From: Candidatus Poribacteria bacterium
Lineage (GTDB): Bacteria > Poribacteria > WGA-4E > WGA-3G
Assembly: GCA_964291315.2 (NCBI GenBank)
Contig: OZ219753.1
Location: forward strand, 2,560,001 to 2,624,000
Length of the DNA: 64,000 nucleotides
Direction: 5' to 3'
Under the pieces are notes generated by a model that was not told where the DNA came from, did no database searches, and saw only the letters and a list, made by a program, of their open reading frames with translations. This document shows positions 49,189 through 60,874 of the stretch, one piece after another. The position numbers and the translations under genes were made by a program. Each line of letters opens with the position of its first letter. The first letter of the stretch is position 1.

Positions 49189-52100
49189 ATGCCCCATCTC
49201 AACATCAGAACCACTCACAAGCCGATCAGACAATACTACGCCGAACTTGAAAAATACGCACAACTCGGTGAGCAAAACGAAGGCATCGTCCGTGCAGCCT
49301 TCCAACACCTGCTCCAACACTACTGCCACCAAGCCAAACTTACACTGCTCTGCGAAAAAACACACTACACATCCGAGAAAAAACGCATAATACCAGACGG
49401 GGAAGTCGTGGACACCTACGGACTACCGCACGGCTACTGGGAGGCAAAAGATACACACGATGACCTGCTCCTCGAGGCTGCCAAGAAGTTTGACGCAGGC
49501 TACCCGTCCAAGAATATCGTCGTGCAGTCGCCCACACGTGCCCTGCTCTATCAGGACGGGCAGCTGCAGCTCGATGCTGACATCACTGATCCGCGCAACC
49601 TCGTCCAGGTGCTCCAAACCTTCTTCACTTATCAGGAGGCAAACATCGCCGCGTGGCACACCGCTGTCGCTGATTTCAAGGCAGCCGTGCCCGCACTCGG
49701 AGCGAAGTTAGCAGCTCTCATCAAAACAGAACGTCAAAACAACGCACACTTTCGAGAAGCGTTCACCGATTTTCACCAGCAGTGCTGTGCCTGCATTGAC
49801 CCGAGTCTCTCTGTTGCTGCTGTGGAGGAGATGCTGATCCAACATCTCCTCACCGAACGGATCTTCGCGACAGTCTTCAAGAACCGGGATTTCACCCGCC
49901 GCAACATTATCGCCAGGGACATAGAGACGGTGATTGACGTGCTGACAGAGCATGCCCTCAACCGCGACCAATTTCTTCAGAGTTTAGACCCGTTCTACGC
50001 GGCGATAGAGAGCACCGCTGCGACCCTCACAGCGTTCTCACAGAAGCAGCACTTCCTCAACACCGTCTATGAGCAGTTCTTTCAAGGGTTCTCCGTCAAG
50101 GTTGCTGACACGCACGGCATCGTCTACACGTCGCAGCCGATCGTGGATTTCATGGTCAACAGCGTGCAACATCTATTAGAGACCGAGTTTGATCGCTCGC
50201 TATCGGATAGCGGCGTGCATATCATAGACCCGTTTGTCGGCACGGGCAACTTCATCGTGCGTTTGATGCAGGTCCTGGATCCGATCTCTCTGGAGCGAAA
50301 ATACACCGCCGATCCGCCTGAACTGCAATGTAACGAGGTGATGCTTTTGCCGTATTACATTGCGAGTCTGAACATTGAGCAGCAGTTTTACACTGCGATG
50401 CGCCGGTATTCGGCTTATGAGGGCATCTGTCTCGTAGATACGTTTGAGGTATCGGAGGCTCGGCAGATAGCGTTGTTCGCGCCTGCGAACACGGAGCGGG
50501 TTGAGAGGCAGAAGCGGACCCCGATGTTCGTAGTGATCGGCAATCCGCCCTATAACGCTGGGCAGAAGCGTGAGAGCGACAACAACAAGAATAGGAGGCA
50601 TCCGATCGTAGATGCGAGAGTTGCGGAGACGTATGTCAAAGACTCTGCAGCACAGAACCCCAATAAGCTCTACGATCCGTATGTGAAGGCGATCCGGTGG
50701 GCCTCGGATAGGATTGGATCGGAGGGCATCGTGGCATTGGTAACGAATAACAGCTTTTTGGATGGCATCGCGTTTGATGGGGTGCGGAAGCACCTTGCGG
50801 CAGACTTCGATGTAATTTACGTGCTCGACTTAGGCGGGGATGTGCAGCGCGGATTAAAGGTCTCAAGTGCCAACGTGTTCGGGATCCGCGTAGGGGTGAG
50901 TATCAATCTATTCGTGAAAAACAGAGATAGGTCATCAGAGCAGCCGCGTATCTTTTATTATCGCACGGATGAGTTATGGGATAAAGATCAGAAGTTTGCG
51001 TTTCTGAATAGCAGTCAGCATGTGGGCGGTGTTGCGTGGCAGTCCATTGAACCCGATGCGCGGCATGCATGGCTGACCGAAGGTCTGGACTCGGCGTTTG
51101 ACACCTTCACGCCGATGGGGACTAAGGCAGCAAAAGCCTCTGCGGGAAAGACAGTGGGTGTGCTTTTCAAGACCTACAGTCTCGGTATCAGTACTAGTCG
51201 TGATGCGTGGACCTATAATTTCAACCGAGACGCGCTCACTGAAAATATAAGCAGGATGATTGAAACTTACAACGCAGAGGTGGCGCGTTGGACACAACGA
51301 ACAAATAGAGAGGTGAACGTTGATAATTTTGTAGTCTATGATGATACAAAAATCAAGTGGAGTTCGACGTTAAAGCAGAAACTACAGAGCGGTCAGATCA
51401 CAGCATTTACAGATGCGAAAATCCGTTCCAGCCTTTATCGCCCCTTTACGAAATCCAACCTCTACTTTGACCGAATGATGAACGAAAGGGTAAGAGAATT
51501 TCCGTTTATTTTTCCGAAACCACAAGTAGAAACGGAAAATAGGGCCATTTGCGTCAGCTGCCCGGGCACAAAATCACCTTTCCGTACGCTAATGGTTGAT
51601 GCAATTCCAGATATCCATATTACAGGCGATACCCAATGTTTCCCTTTCTATATCTACGACGAAGACGGGAGCAACCGCCGCGAAAATATCACTGACTGGG
51701 CATTGGCACATTTCCGATCTCACTATAAAGACGATAGCATCAGCAAATGGGATATCTTCCACTATACCTATGGGCTCCTGCATCATCCAGACTACCAAAA
51801 GAAATACGAGGCGAACCTCAAGCGCGATCTGCCGCACATTCCCTTCGCCACAGATTTCTGGGCGGTCGCTACCGCAGGCGCACAACTCGCAGAGCTCCAC
51901 GCTAACTACGAATCTCAACCCGAATACGAACATCTCAGGTTGATTCAGAACCCCGAGGTGCCGCTCAACTGGCGCGTGGAGAAGATGAAACTCTCCAAAG
52001 ACAGAACACAGTTGACATATAACGACTTCTTGACACTTGCCGACATCCCGCCCGAAGTGTTTGCGTATCGGTTAGGCACTCGTTCGGCGTTGGAGTGGGT

Positions 52101-52260
52101 GATAGATCAGTATCGCGCCAAAAGGGACAAGTGGAGTGGGCTGGTCAGCGATCCGAATTGTGCGGAGGCGCCGCGCTATATTGTGGAGTTAATTGGCAAG
52201 GTAATTACGGTGAGTTTAGAGACGGTGGCAATCGTTGAGAAGCTGCCACCGATAGCGTAG
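49189..52260 (+). CDS. Single-chain restriction-modification enzyme (type IIG/ISP-like, no helicase)
   Basis: PDG...WEAK nuclease motif; IIDPFVGTG; GNPPY; C-terminal YRPF, YGLLH..Y...LKR.LPHIP and SALEWVIDQY. Confidence 0.88.
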   Translation: MPHLNIRTTHKPIRQYYAELEKYAQLGEQNEGIVRAAFQHLLQHYCHQAKLTLLCEKTHYTSEKKRIIPDGEVVDTYGLPHGYWEAKDTHDDLLLEAAKKFDAGYPSKNIVVQSPTRALLYQDGQLQLDADITDPRNLVQVLQTFFTYQEANIAAWHTAVADFKAAVPALGAKLAALIKTERQNNAHFREAFTDFHQQCCACIDPSLSVAAVEEMLIQHLLTERIFATVFKNRDFTRRNIIARDIETVIDVLTEHALNRDQFLQSLDPFYAAIESTAATLTAFSQKQHFLNTVYEQFFQGFSVKVADTHGIVYTSQPIVDFMVNSVQHLLETEFDRSLSDSGVHIIDPFVGTGNFIVRLMQVLDPISLERKYTADPPELQCNEVMLLPYYIASLNIEQQFYTAMRRYSAYEGICLVDTFEVSEARQIALFAPANTERVERQKRTPMFVVIGNPPYNAGQKRESDNNKNRRHPIVDARVAETYVKDSAAQNPNKLYDPYVKAIRWASDRIGSEGIVALVTNNSFLDGIAFDGVRKHLAADFDVIYVLDLGGDVQRGLKVSSANVFGIRVGVSINLFVKNRDRSSEQPRIFYYRTDELWDKDQKFAFLNSSQHVGGVAWQSIEPDARHAWLTEGLDSAFDTFTPMGTKAAKASAGKTVGVLFKTYSLGISTSRDAWTYNFNRDALTENISRMIETYNAEVARWTQRTNREVNVDNFVVYDDTKIKWSSTLKQKLQSGQITAFTDAKIRSSLYRPFTKSNLYFDRMMNERVREFPFIFPKPQVETENRAICVSCPGTKSPFRTLMVDAIPDIHITGDTQCFPFYIYDEDGSNRRENITDWALAHFRSHYKDDSISKWDIFHYTYGLLHHPDYQKKYEANLKRDLPHIPFATDFWAVATAGAQLAELHANYESQPEYEHLRLIQNPEVPLNWRVEKMKLSKDRTQLTYNDFLTLADIPPEVFAYRLGTRSALEWVIDQYRAKRDKWSGLVSDPNCAEAPRYIVELIGKVITVSLETVAIVEKLPPIA

Positions 52261-52525
52261 GCAGCATTCGGAAAGCCCCCCCGCGGAAGATAGGAAATTC
52301 ATAAATAGCTCGGGGTTGGCAAAGCTTTTCTGCGAAACCGTTCCTGATAGAAATTTATACTGACGCGCAACTGCAAGCCCTCCATCTACCAAAAACTAGC
52401 ATCTTAATCCACACTTGACATCTATTCGTCCAATGTAGTATCATAGAGAATATAGTTGCAATGAGACTGTTTTTTCCGGGATCCTCAAATACAACATGCT
52501 GACGGCGGGAAAGGAGTTTTCATAC

Positions 52526-53260
52526 ATGACCGGTGAAGAAAAATTCAAAGTAGACCTTGAGGGATATCTTGTTATCAAAAACGTTTTGAACAAGGATGAA
52601 GTCGATGAAATGAACGAGATTATTGATAGCGGAGACCGCAAAGGCCCACCGAGCCTTTGGGGTGAACCCTTTAAGAAATTGATTGATCATCCGAAAATCC
52701 TGCCCTATCTTATCGAACTGCTAGGCCCGAACGTTCGGCTAGACCACGATTACGCCATCTTCATGGAAAAAGGGCAAGGCGGCGGGGGACTTCACGGCGG
52801 GGAGGACGGCGGACGCGCCGGCGGACATGTAGGAGACCACTGGTACAAATATCGAGACGGACACATCCGAAACGGGCTCTCTGTCATCACCTATAACTTA
52901 GCAGATGCACCCGATAGCGCAGGCGGGTTCGCTTGTATTCCAGCAAGCCACAAATCTAACTTCCCTACCCAGATACCGAAAGATGTCCGACATTTTGAGC
53001 GGACTACACACTATGTCGTGCAACCGCCTCTCAAGGCCGGAGATGTACTGTTTTTCACTGAGGCGCTCATCCACGGGACGATGCCGTGGACAGCCGATCA
53101 TGAACGCCGTTCACTCCTCTACAAATATAGTCCCGGGCACTCGGCATGGTCGGGAAACTACTATGACATCAGTAAATACCACGGGTTAACAGAACAACAG
53201 AAACGGATGTTGATGCCACCATCAATTGGCAAGCGTCCTCTTGTTATCGAGCCTAATTAA
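52526..53260 (+). CDS. Phytanoyl-CoA dioxygenase family protein
   Basis: GYLVIKNVL, LHGG, ASHK, GD..FTEALIHGT and RRSL motifs; AAGGAG RBS. Confidence 0.88.
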   Translation: MTGEEKFKVDLEGYLVIKNVLNKDEVDEMNEIIDSGDRKGPPSLWGEPFKKLIDHPKILPYLIELLGPNVRLDHDYAIFMEKGQGGGGLHGGEDGGRAGGHVGDHWYKYRDGHIRNGLSVITYNLADAPDSAGGFACIPASHKSNFPTQIPKDVRHFERTTHYVVQPPLKAGDVLFFTEALIHGTMPWTADHERRSLLYKYSPGHSAWSGNYYDISKYHGLTEQQKRMLMPPSIGKRPLVIEPN

Positions 53261-53372
53261 GGTTGATAGCCGGCCGTCGATAGCTGATAACTAAACGATA
53301 GGAGAGAACACAAGCCTCTACCGGTTTCAGAAAAAAGATGAATAATAGGATAAACGGAGGACTATAAACGAA

Positions 53373-54551
53373 ATGTCGAAGGTTCGACTCACTGGAAAAC
53401 AGAGCGACTTCCTTAAAATCGTCGTTGCCGCAGCGGGACGCGGCGACCTTGAAACCACCCGCCAGCTACTGAACGCTAATCCCGCTTGGATACACACCAT
53501 CGGCTCACACGGCCGGACAATGCTGTGGGAAGCAGCATACCGCGGAAAATTGGAAATGGTGGAATTTCTCCTCCAGCGCGGGGCCGACATCAACCTGCCG
53601 GGATGCCATTTGAGCAAGCACGGAGTGGAGATAACGCCCTATTGTGTAGCACGCCACGAAGGCCGAGACCGCGTGGCAGACGCTCTGCTTCGACACGGCG
53701 CAACGATAGATATCCACACTGCTGCCTATCTCGGAGACTACGACGCTCTCCGTTCGCACCTCGATAACGATCCTTCTCTCGTCAATAGCACCTACCTTCA
53801 ATCTGTGATGCTACCTGCGGGGGAACCTCATACCCTTGAATACCGAAACGCCCCGTGGGCAACTCCGATCTGTTACGCGGTCGTCGGCGGTAACACAGCC
53901 ATCGTTGAACTGCTTATCTCACGCGGTGCAACTATCAAGGCACACAGCGAACTCTTATTGGATTATGCCGTCTCGGAGGACAACGTAGAGATCACCAAGC
54001 TGCTCCTCAAAAACGGTGCCGACCCAAGGGGAGCCCCTCGTATCTTAGACGACAATTCAGAAATGCGCGCCCTGCTCAAGGCACATGGGGTTCCCCCTAA
54101 AGACATAAACGCCCAAAACCATATGGGCTGGCCCCCACTGGTTTATGCATGCCGCGGCGACAAAGGCGAACATCCAGAAGAGGTACAACGACTTTTAGCA
54201 CTCGGTGCCGATATCAACGTACGGAATCACAAAGGGAAAGCTGCATTACACTGCGCAGCAAAGGCGGGGTTTCTGAAAGTCGTCATCCTGCTGATCAAAA
54301 AAGGAGCGACTATCGATGCCGCGGATGCCAACGGCGAAACACCGCTGTTCGATGCTATCCGATCCACAATAAAAAACAGTGGAAAACAACGGGACACTGT
54401 GGAAACGTTACTTATCAAAGGGGCAGATCCGACCTTTAAAAACCGGAAAGGCCTGACCCCGCTGCAAGTCGCCAAGCAGATGCACAGAACAGATGCAGAA
54501 AAAATTGCCGCACTCTTACAATCTTACACTGATGTTTCACTGTTTAGTTGA
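53373..54551 (+). CDS. Ankyrin repeat protein
   Basis: Multiple G.T.LH.AA..G...V.LL...GAD repeats. Confidence 0.9.
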   Translation: MSKVRLTGKQSDFLKIVVAAAGRGDLETTRQLLNANPAWIHTIGSHGRTMLWEAAYRGKLEMVEFLLQRGADINLPGCHLSKHGVEITPYCVARHEGRDRVADALLRHGATIDIHTAAYLGDYDALRSHLDNDPSLVNSTYLQSVMLPAGEPHTLEYRNAPWATPICYAVVGGNTAIVELLISRGATIKAHSELLLDYAVSEDNVEITKLLLKNGADPRGAPRILDDNSEMRALLKAHGVPPKDINAQNHMGWPPLVYACRGDKGEHPEEVQRLLALGADINVRNHKGKAALHCAAKAGFLKVVILLIKKGATIDAADANGETPLFDAIRSTIKNSGKQRDTVETLLIKGADPTFKNRKGLTPLQVAKQMHRTDAEKIAALLQSYTDVSLFS

Positions 54552-54660
54552 CATACTCCGGCAGCAAAAGCACAAAGGATTCCGTTGAAAGTGACCCCCG
54601 TGCTTTTGGGTGAGGATACGTTCTTTGTCTGCTTGTCACCTATGTTTCTCTTTACCGGCT

Positions 54661-55428
54661 TCAGTTCCGATCTGACATTTTAAGGGCGTAAACCTCTTCT
54701 AAAAATGTGTCGTAATCAATAGAACCGCTGCCTCCCATTTTTTCAACAATCGGACCAGCCACCGTGCGCCCCAGCGCTAAACGACGGAGTCTGGAGAGTT
54801 CTGCCCGCCGGACGAGGTACTCCCGTATGACTTGCATTTCAGTTTCAGTCACCAATTCAGGCTGTATCCAAGTGGCATAAATAAATTTTTGAGAGGAAAC
54901 GTTTACAGCCGGTATATCTGCTTGCAGACGTGCATCGCTAAACGGCAGGCTTGTGCGTCCAGTTTTAACGACAAGCGTCCCGGCAGCGAGATCGCCTAAT
55001 CGCTGCCAGTTCTTATTTATCAGCATAGCACATAGACCTACACCATAGAAAAACGGGAGAAAATCCGCAACTCGAACTAGATTACGAATCGCAGACTCAG
55101 TGAAACCGATGGAGTAACCCTCCTCTTTGATAACCCGTAATCCGAGGACGCGTTTGCCGAATGATTGACCGTTTGTAGTTGTCTCTAAGACGATATAGTA
55201 GCCCCAAAAAAGGGCAAAAATAGCAACTCCACCTATAGCGCCAAGCCACTTGCCGAGAACATCACCGAGCTCGGTGATAAACCGTCTGTTGACATAATAC
55301 CCAATCAGCGAAATTAGCACGAGTAATAGGGTGTCAATGATAGCGGCATAAAAACGCGACCCGATACCTGCTTTCTGGAAATTAATATCAATTTGTTCCG
55401 GTGTTTCTATAGATAATTGTTCATGCAT
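54661..55428 (-). CDS. RDD family membrane protein
   Basis: IETPE, GSRFYAAIID, GQSFGKR, RNL.R.AD and QRLGDLAAGT motifs. Confidence 0.9.
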   Translation of the reverse strand: MHEQLSIETPEQIDINFQKAGIGSRFYAAIIDTLLLVLISLIGYYVNRRFITELGDVLGKWLGAIGGVAIFALFWGYYIVLETTTNGQSFGKRVLGLRVIKEEGYSIGFTESAIRNLVRVADFLPFFYGVGLCAMLINKNWQRLGDLAAGTLVVKTGRTSLPFSDARLQADIPAVNVSSQKFIYATWIQPELVTETEMQVIREYLVRRAELSRLRRLALGRTVAGPIVEKMGGSGSIDYDTFLEEVYALKMSDRN

Positions 55429-55695
55429 GTGTCGGAATCTCTTTCTCTCTTAGGGTTTCTTGGTTTTTTCAGATAAATCGTGAGCGGAAGGCCGCTCCAA
55501 CAGCAGAGAGTCACGATTTGGAGGACCCTACATAAGAACTCAACGGCTTCGTAAAGATATTGATTTTTCGGACAAAACGGTGTTTAATTAGTATGCAGGT
55601 GGCGACCATCGGTTATCAGTCATTCGTTGTGAGAAAAAATATGGATCGAAATAAAAAATATTGTTTCCTTCTATGTGCGTGAATGCACATTCGCT

Positions 55696-56637
55696 ATGAT
55701 GACCCCCATAGAATTCATTACGAAAAAACAGAAGACCTGGACGGAACTTGAAGAATTGTTAGGCAATTCACGCAATGCAAGTTTAAGTCAACTCAATCGG
55801 CTTGGATATCTATACCGGCGCATCACATCTGATTTAGCAGTCGCCAGGCGCGATTTTCCACAGGACCGGTGTGTCTCATATCTTAACGTCTTGGCATCAC
55901 GCGCCCATTCTAGAATCTATCAGACCTCTCCTTTCACGCGCGGCACGCTCTGGCGGTTTCTTCATCTCGGTTTCCCGGCACTGTTCCGCGAGAATCTCAA
56001 TTTTATCGGCACAGCGTTCCTGATGTTCACTATCGCGTTCGGGGCAGCGTATTGGATCGCTTTGACCCTCCCCGTACTTGCAGAACAAATTGTCCCGGAA
56101 GACACTGTAACCCATATCAAGCAGTTAGACCAACAGGCGTGGAACAGTACATCAGCAGAAAACCGAAATCTATTTGCCTCTTTCGTAATGACGAACAACA
56201 TTCGGGTCGCGTTTTTTGCCTTCGCTGGCGGCATCTTGTTCATGGCCGGCACGGTCTATATTTTAGTCACCAACGGTATCCTTATCGGTGCAGTTGCTGG
56301 ATTATGCCACGCCAACGGGATCGCGTTAACCCTCTGGTCATTTGTGTCACCACACGGTTATATTGAATTGACTACTATTTTCATTGCCGGCGGTGCCGGA
56401 CTAAAATTGGGATATTCACTCATCGCCCCCTCGCTATTTACGCGGAAGCGCGCTTTGGCGAACGCTGCGAGAACCTCTATTCAGCTCCTCGGCGGATGCG
56501 TTGTCTTACTAGTTGTTGCCGGGACTATTGAAGGCTTTGTGTCGCCCTCTGGTCTATCAGACCTCTTCAAGATCGGTTTCGGAGCTGTGACAGGAATCTT
56601 ACTCTTCACCTATTTCTTTGCGATGAAAGCGCGGTAG
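55696..56637 (+). CDS. SpoIIM (DUF95) family membrane protein
   Basis: LYR...SDLA.AR, NNIRVAF, PHG.IEL and AG.IEGFVS motifs. Confidence 0.88.
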   Translation: MMTPIEFITKKQKTWTELEELLGNSRNASLSQLNRLGYLYRRITSDLAVARRDFPQDRCVSYLNVLASRAHSRIYQTSPFTRGTLWRFLHLGFPALFRENLNFIGTAFLMFTIAFGAAYWIALTLPVLAEQIVPEDTVTHIKQLDQQAWNSTSAENRNLFASFVMTNNIRVAFFAFAGGILFMAGTVYILVTNGILIGAVAGLCHANGIALTLWSFVSPHGYIELTTIFIAGGAGLKLGYSLIAPSLFTRKRALANAARTSIQLLGGCVVLLVVAGTIEGFVSPSGLSDLFKIGFGAVTGILLFTYFFAMKAR

Positions 56638-56749
56638 AACCCGACAATAGTTGTAGACTTTGGAATTAATCGAACGCTCGGACCTGATGAGGGGGAACCT
56701 CGTGTTTTCGGTTAATTGAAACGTCACTCTTTTTATCATCACTGAACAT

Positions 56750-58090
56750 TCAAATTTTGGACATCGCCTTAAGTTCCAAATACTTATTCACCACCGCCAT
56801 TGTCAATTGGTGCGCCGGTACATCAATTGTAATAACCCCTTGACGACGCAAGATCTCTAATGTCGCCTGCTTTTCCTGCAGTAACCGCGCAGCGATCGTT
56901 TTCTGATAGACCGATCTGGAATCTGTGAACTTCTGATCAGTCAGCTCCACAATGCTGGAATCTGTCAACGTCACACAAACGACGAGGTGATGCTTAGAGA
57001 GCCGAAGAACGTAAGATGCTATCCCGGTCGCAGAATCACTGTCAAGGATGTCAGTAAAAAGGATGATAAGCGCACGTTTGCGCTGTTTCGATGCAAGATA
57101 TTTAAACGCGGTTTCGAAATCCGGTTCAACCGGATGAACAGGCAGGGCGTAGATCGTTTCGAGCATCGTGAGAAACTGCTTCTTGCCTGGCTTTGGTGGG
57201 AGGTACTGATGCACTGTATCCGCAAAAGCGATTAACCCGACCTTATCTCCTTTGAGCGTTGAGACGTAGGCAGCCATCAATGTCGTATTAATGGCATAAT
57301 CCAACTTAAGCATCGTCTTTTGTGATGATTCCCCTGGAACCTCAAAAAGGATCGGCGATGCCATGAGTCTCCCAGTATCCAACATAATAACGATATCTTG
57401 GCTTCGCTCAGTCTCGAATTCTTGGACGATCGGTTTGCGATGCCTTGCAGTGGCTTTCCAATCTACACGCCGGAAGTCATCGTCTGGAGAATACTCGCGC
57501 AACCGTTCCATTTCCGTGCCTTCTCCGAATTGTCGAGAATTTTTAAGACCCATTTGATGCAGCATGCCCCGTTTGACGAGGATCTCATATTGTCGGACTG
57601 CTTGTAGGTTCGGATAGACTTTCACCTCTATTCCAGCTGCAACCCGCCGCTGGCGGACAACAAGCCCTAAGATCCCCCAACACCGCAGATGGATGTCTGA
57701 AAACCGGTAGATCCCGCGTCTCAACGGCGTGAGGCGATAGGGAATATCAACGCGGTCTCTCGGGAGAACATGACAATCGTGAATAACCTTTTCGAACAGA
57801 AACTCGTCTGGAAAATCGTCCTTGAGATGGAGTCTGAGTCGATGGCGTGAGCGGTTCACAACCTGCAGGGTCACAAGGTTCTCCGCCCCTAACGAAAACT
57901 TGGAATTCATCACGCGATGCCCTTCAACCCTTGTAAATACTGGATTCGTAATGTAATCTATGATCCCGACGGCGAAAAGCAGCACGGCATAAGCCGCGGC
58001 GAGAAATAAAAGATTCTGTGAAAAGCTGCTCAGCGCAACCGGAACGGCTATAGGTAGTAGAAAAATGAGGAAACGTTTGCTGATATGCAT
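56750..58090 (-). CDS. DUF58 domain protein (VWA-like)
   Basis: VYPN, LREY...DD.RRVDWKATAR and DTGRLM motifs. Confidence 0.9.
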   Translation of the reverse strand: MHISKRFLIFLLPIAVPVALSSFSQNLLFLAAAYAVLLFAVGIIDYITNPVFTRVEGHRVMNSKFSLGAENLVTLQVVNRSRHRLRLHLKDDFPDEFLFEKVIHDCHVLPRDRVDIPYRLTPLRRGIYRFSDIHLRCWGILGLVVRQRRVAAGIEVKVYPNLQAVRQYEILVKRGMLHQMGLKNSRQFGEGTEMERLREYSPDDDFRRVDWKATARHRKPIVQEFETERSQDIVIMLDTGRLMASPILFEVPGESSQKTMLKLDYAINTTLMAAYVSTLKGDKVGLIAFADTVHQYLPPKPGKKQFLTMLETIYALPVHPVEPDFETAFKYLASKQRKRALIILFTDILDSDSATGIASYVLRLSKHHLVVCVTLTDSSIVELTDQKFTDSRSVYQKTIAARLLQEKQATLEILRRQGVITIDVPAHQLTMAVVNKYLELKAMSKI

Positions 58091-58098
58091 TTATCTAT

Positions 58099-59052
58099 CT
58101 AACGTGGAATTTCCACCTCGGCGAGCAGCCGATCAATTATATCATCTGGAGTCAATCCCTCAATTTCAGCGTCCGGCTTCAGGATAATACGATGCCGATA
58201 GACATGGGGTGCTAAGAACTTAACATCGTCAGGTAGAATATAGTCCCGTCCTTGAAGTGCGGCATACGTCTTACTTACCAATAAAAGCGCTATCGAGGCA
58301 CGTGGACTCGCTCCTAAAACAAGATCAGTGGAGTCCCGCGACACCTCCGCCAAACCGACGATATATCTAAAAATAGAATCTTCTACTGTGACAGCTTGGA
58401 TTGCTTCTTGACACGCTTGGAGAGTTGGGCCGTCAACCACACTCTCAATCCCGATTTCTTCCAAGCGTGTTGCATTAAAACCGTGATGATAGTTCATCAA
58501 AATTTGCATTTCGACTTCTGGGACCGGATAATCCACACGTAATTTGAACAGAAACCGATCCAGCTGTGCCTCTGGAAGCGGATAGGTGCCTTCATATTCA
58601 ATTGGATTTTGTGTTGCCATGACCATAAAAGGAGGCTGCAGTTCATGCCGGACACCATCGATACTTACCTGACGTTCCTCCATACATTCGAGGAGCGCGG
58701 ATTGCGTCTTCGCCGGGGCACGGTTGATCTCATCCGCGAGCAGCACGTTCGTGAAAACAGGACCGCGTTTGAGGTTAAAACGGTTGGTTGTCAGATCGTA
58801 GACACTGGTTCCAACAATATCTGACGGCATCAGGTCAGGCGTAAACTGCGCACGGCTGAATTGTCCAGAAACTATCATTGCTAAGGTCTTTGCAACGAGC
58901 GTTTTTGCGGTACCGGGGACCCCCTCTAAGAGGACATGTCCGCCCGAAAACAGACTGACAACAATAAGTTTAAAGAGTTCTGTTTGTCCAACGATAATTT
59001 TTTCTGCTTCCTGTTTCATTTTTTCAAAAACTGTTTGCACAAGGTTCGTCAT
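58099..59052 (-). CDS. MoxR-family AAA+ ATPase
   Basis: [36 protein letters not shown] and [22 protein letters not shown] motifs. Confidence 0.95.
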   Translation of the reverse strand: MTNLVQTVFEKMKQEAEKIIVGQTELFKLIVVSLFSGGHVLLEGVPGTAKTLVAKTLAMIVSGQFSRAQFTPDLMPSDIVGTSVYDLTTNRFNLKRGPVFTNVLLADEINRAPAKTQSALLECMEERQVSIDGVRHELQPPFMVMATQNPIEYEGTYPLPEAQLDRFLFKLRVDYPVPEVEMQILMNYHHGFNATRLEEIGIESVVDGPTLQACQEAIQAVTVEDSIFRYIVGLAEVSRDSTDLVLGASPRASIALLLVSKTYAALQGRDYILPDDVKFLAPHVYRHRIILKPDAEIEGLTPDDIIDRLLAEVEIPR

Positions 59053-59083
59053 AATATAAGTGCACCTTTTCACGACAATGAAA

Positions 59084-60220
59084 TTAGAAATCCCGGTGTG
59101 TAGCCGCTTTTCGTCTGTGAGTATTCGCAGCCTCAGAGTAGGTCTCAACTCGTTTCGCGATGCCAAGCAGTTGTGCCTCCGATATACTGCTAGCAGGATC
59201 CAGATCCATCAGGAGTTTCGTCAATTGGTCATCCTTGTCAAGAGCGCCGCGACGCGCCAACTCCACCAAAAAATCCTGCGTATTTAACTTAGGATTGACG
59301 CGCCAGCGTCTACCGAGATCTGCCCTGAATTCGTCACGAATATGTTTTAAAACGCCCATGCGTGTGTTTCCCTTCTGATAGAGTGCGGTCATCGCATGGA
59401 CATACTCAGAACTCATACGTCTACTGCGATCCTGCACATCTAACGGCTTTCCGAACCTCCGTCCTCGAAGAAGGGAAAAAATAAAGATCATCAAAGAAAT
59501 ATAGACAAATCCCAAGCCGATCCTTGTATTGAATACGAGTGCCGTAAATGGGTCTAGAGGTTTTGAGTCAACTGTGTAGTACCCCGTTTCAGCAAGCCCG
59601 ACCCGCGCATTAGCCGGGAACGTAGACATCAGATTATAAAGAAGCGTTCTGTTACCCTCATACTGTAGTCCATTTTTGCTGAACAGATACGTTGAGGCGA
59701 TGAAAAACGCACGGCCCTGTCCCTCCCGCAGTGTGACAACCACAGCATCGTTTTCTGTACCGTAAAGCTTCGCTACCTTGCGCTCCAAAGGTTCAATAGC
59801 AAAATCTGTAGAGGTGTGAATCTTATTGACTGGGTGTCTCGAAAAGAAGGGTTTGGCTGGAAGCCTTCGTGAGAATTCCAATAGACGCGGCAGTCTACGC
59901 AGCTCTAAGCCGTACGCTGAGAAGAGCGCGTCCGCTACCCGACTAGCGCCAACCACAATTAAGGTGCCACCGGTATTGACAAAGTCTCGGATCTCTCTGA
60001 TTTCTGTTTCAGTGGGTGACTTACTAAGCCCCGACACGAACAACACATCGTACCTATCTAGGCGTGCCGGAAATACCGGCGATATTTCTGTGACGCGGAA
60101 GTTCAGTTTGAGTAAAACACGATAAAGCAGGCTTCTATCTGCATGCAAATCGCACGAAAGCAAGCAAGATATCATCGCAATTAAAATTATACTGAAAACA
60201 GCGATTCGGAGAATTCGCAT
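59084..60220 (-). CDS. DUF4350-like membrane-anchored protein
   Basis: FV..GGTL core; C-terminal TM followed by RGRRFG...EYV.A...LY; position upstream of moxR. Confidence 0.7.
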   Translation of the reverse strand: MRILRIAVFSIILIAMISCLLSCDLHADRSLLYRVLLKLNFRVTEISPVFPARLDRYDVLFVSGLSKSPTETEIREIRDFVNTGGTLIVVGASRVADALFSAYGLELRRLPRLLEFSRRLPAKPFFSRHPVNKIHTSTDFAIEPLERKVAKLYGTENDAVVVTLREGQGRAFFIASTYLFSKNGLQYEGNRTLLYNLMSTFPANARVGLAETGYYTVDSKPLDPFTALVFNTRIGLGFVYISLMIFIFSLLRGRRFGKPLDVQDRSRRMSSEYVHAMTALYQKGNTRMGVLKHIRDEFRADLGRRWRVNPKLNTQDFLVELARRGALDKDDQLTKLLMDLDPASSISEAQLLGIAKRVETYSEAANTHRRKAATHRDF

Positions 60221-60232
60221 CTTTTATTTACG

Positions 60233-60874
60233 TTATCTTTGCGTCATCGCATAGACTTTTTGTAATAACTTGCGGTAACTCGCGACGGTTTCCGCATCAC
60301 AAGGTTTGTGTCCGTACCATACCTCATCAAAAACGGCGATTGCGGGGCCAAGCATCGCTTGTAAGTCTGTATCCACTTGCACTCGGCGAAGATACTCACG
60401 GTTCGTCAAACTTTTATCATAAGGGAGCTTACCCCGCTCCTGCAGGTGCAGAATGACAGAGAGATATAGGAATCGGAGTGCACAGCGAAAATCCGCCGAT
60501 GCCTCCGCTGTCTTGGCGTGGGCAAGTGCTGCTTTTTCTGTCTCTACACGTTCTTGTGGAGTCTCTGATATATCCTCGGACGTTTCAGCAATAAAATTCG
60601 CACGGATCTGACGGACAAAAAAGGCAATCACAAATCCGAGGGCAACGGCTGCAAGTGGAAACAAAAGATACCTCAGATCAGCGTCCCATGTCCGCCTCGG
60701 CTCAAGGAATGTCGATAAGGCCTCTCGGTATTTTTCGTAAGAGACCTCCATCTCTGTGTCTTGTGCATCTAATTCTTCACGGAACGTTTGTTCTTCGCCT
60801 GCAATTGCCAAAAGCTGAGAAAGCACAGCAAAACAGAGAACAGTCCCAACACAAACCCTTTTTTTGATAGTCAT
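60233..60874 (-). CDS. DUF4129 domain protein
   Basis: ALR.LY, TNREYL and FD.VWYG motifs; ATGA overlap with the upstream gene. Confidence 0.8.
   Translation of the reverse strand: MTIKKRVCVGTVLCFAVLSQLLAIAGEEQTFREELDAQDTEMEVSYEKYREALSTFLEPRRTWDADLRYLLFPLAAVALGFVIAFFVRQIRANFIAETSEDISETPQERVETEKAALAHAKTAEASADFRCALRFLYLSVILHLQERGKLPYDKSLTNREYLRRVQVDTDLQAMLGPAIAVFDEVWYGHKPCDAETVASYRKLLQKVYAMTQR

Noticed and set aside
55696-56637. SpoIIM domain as evidence of sporulation
   Set aside because: This family is widespread in non-sporulating bacteria within MoxR clusters
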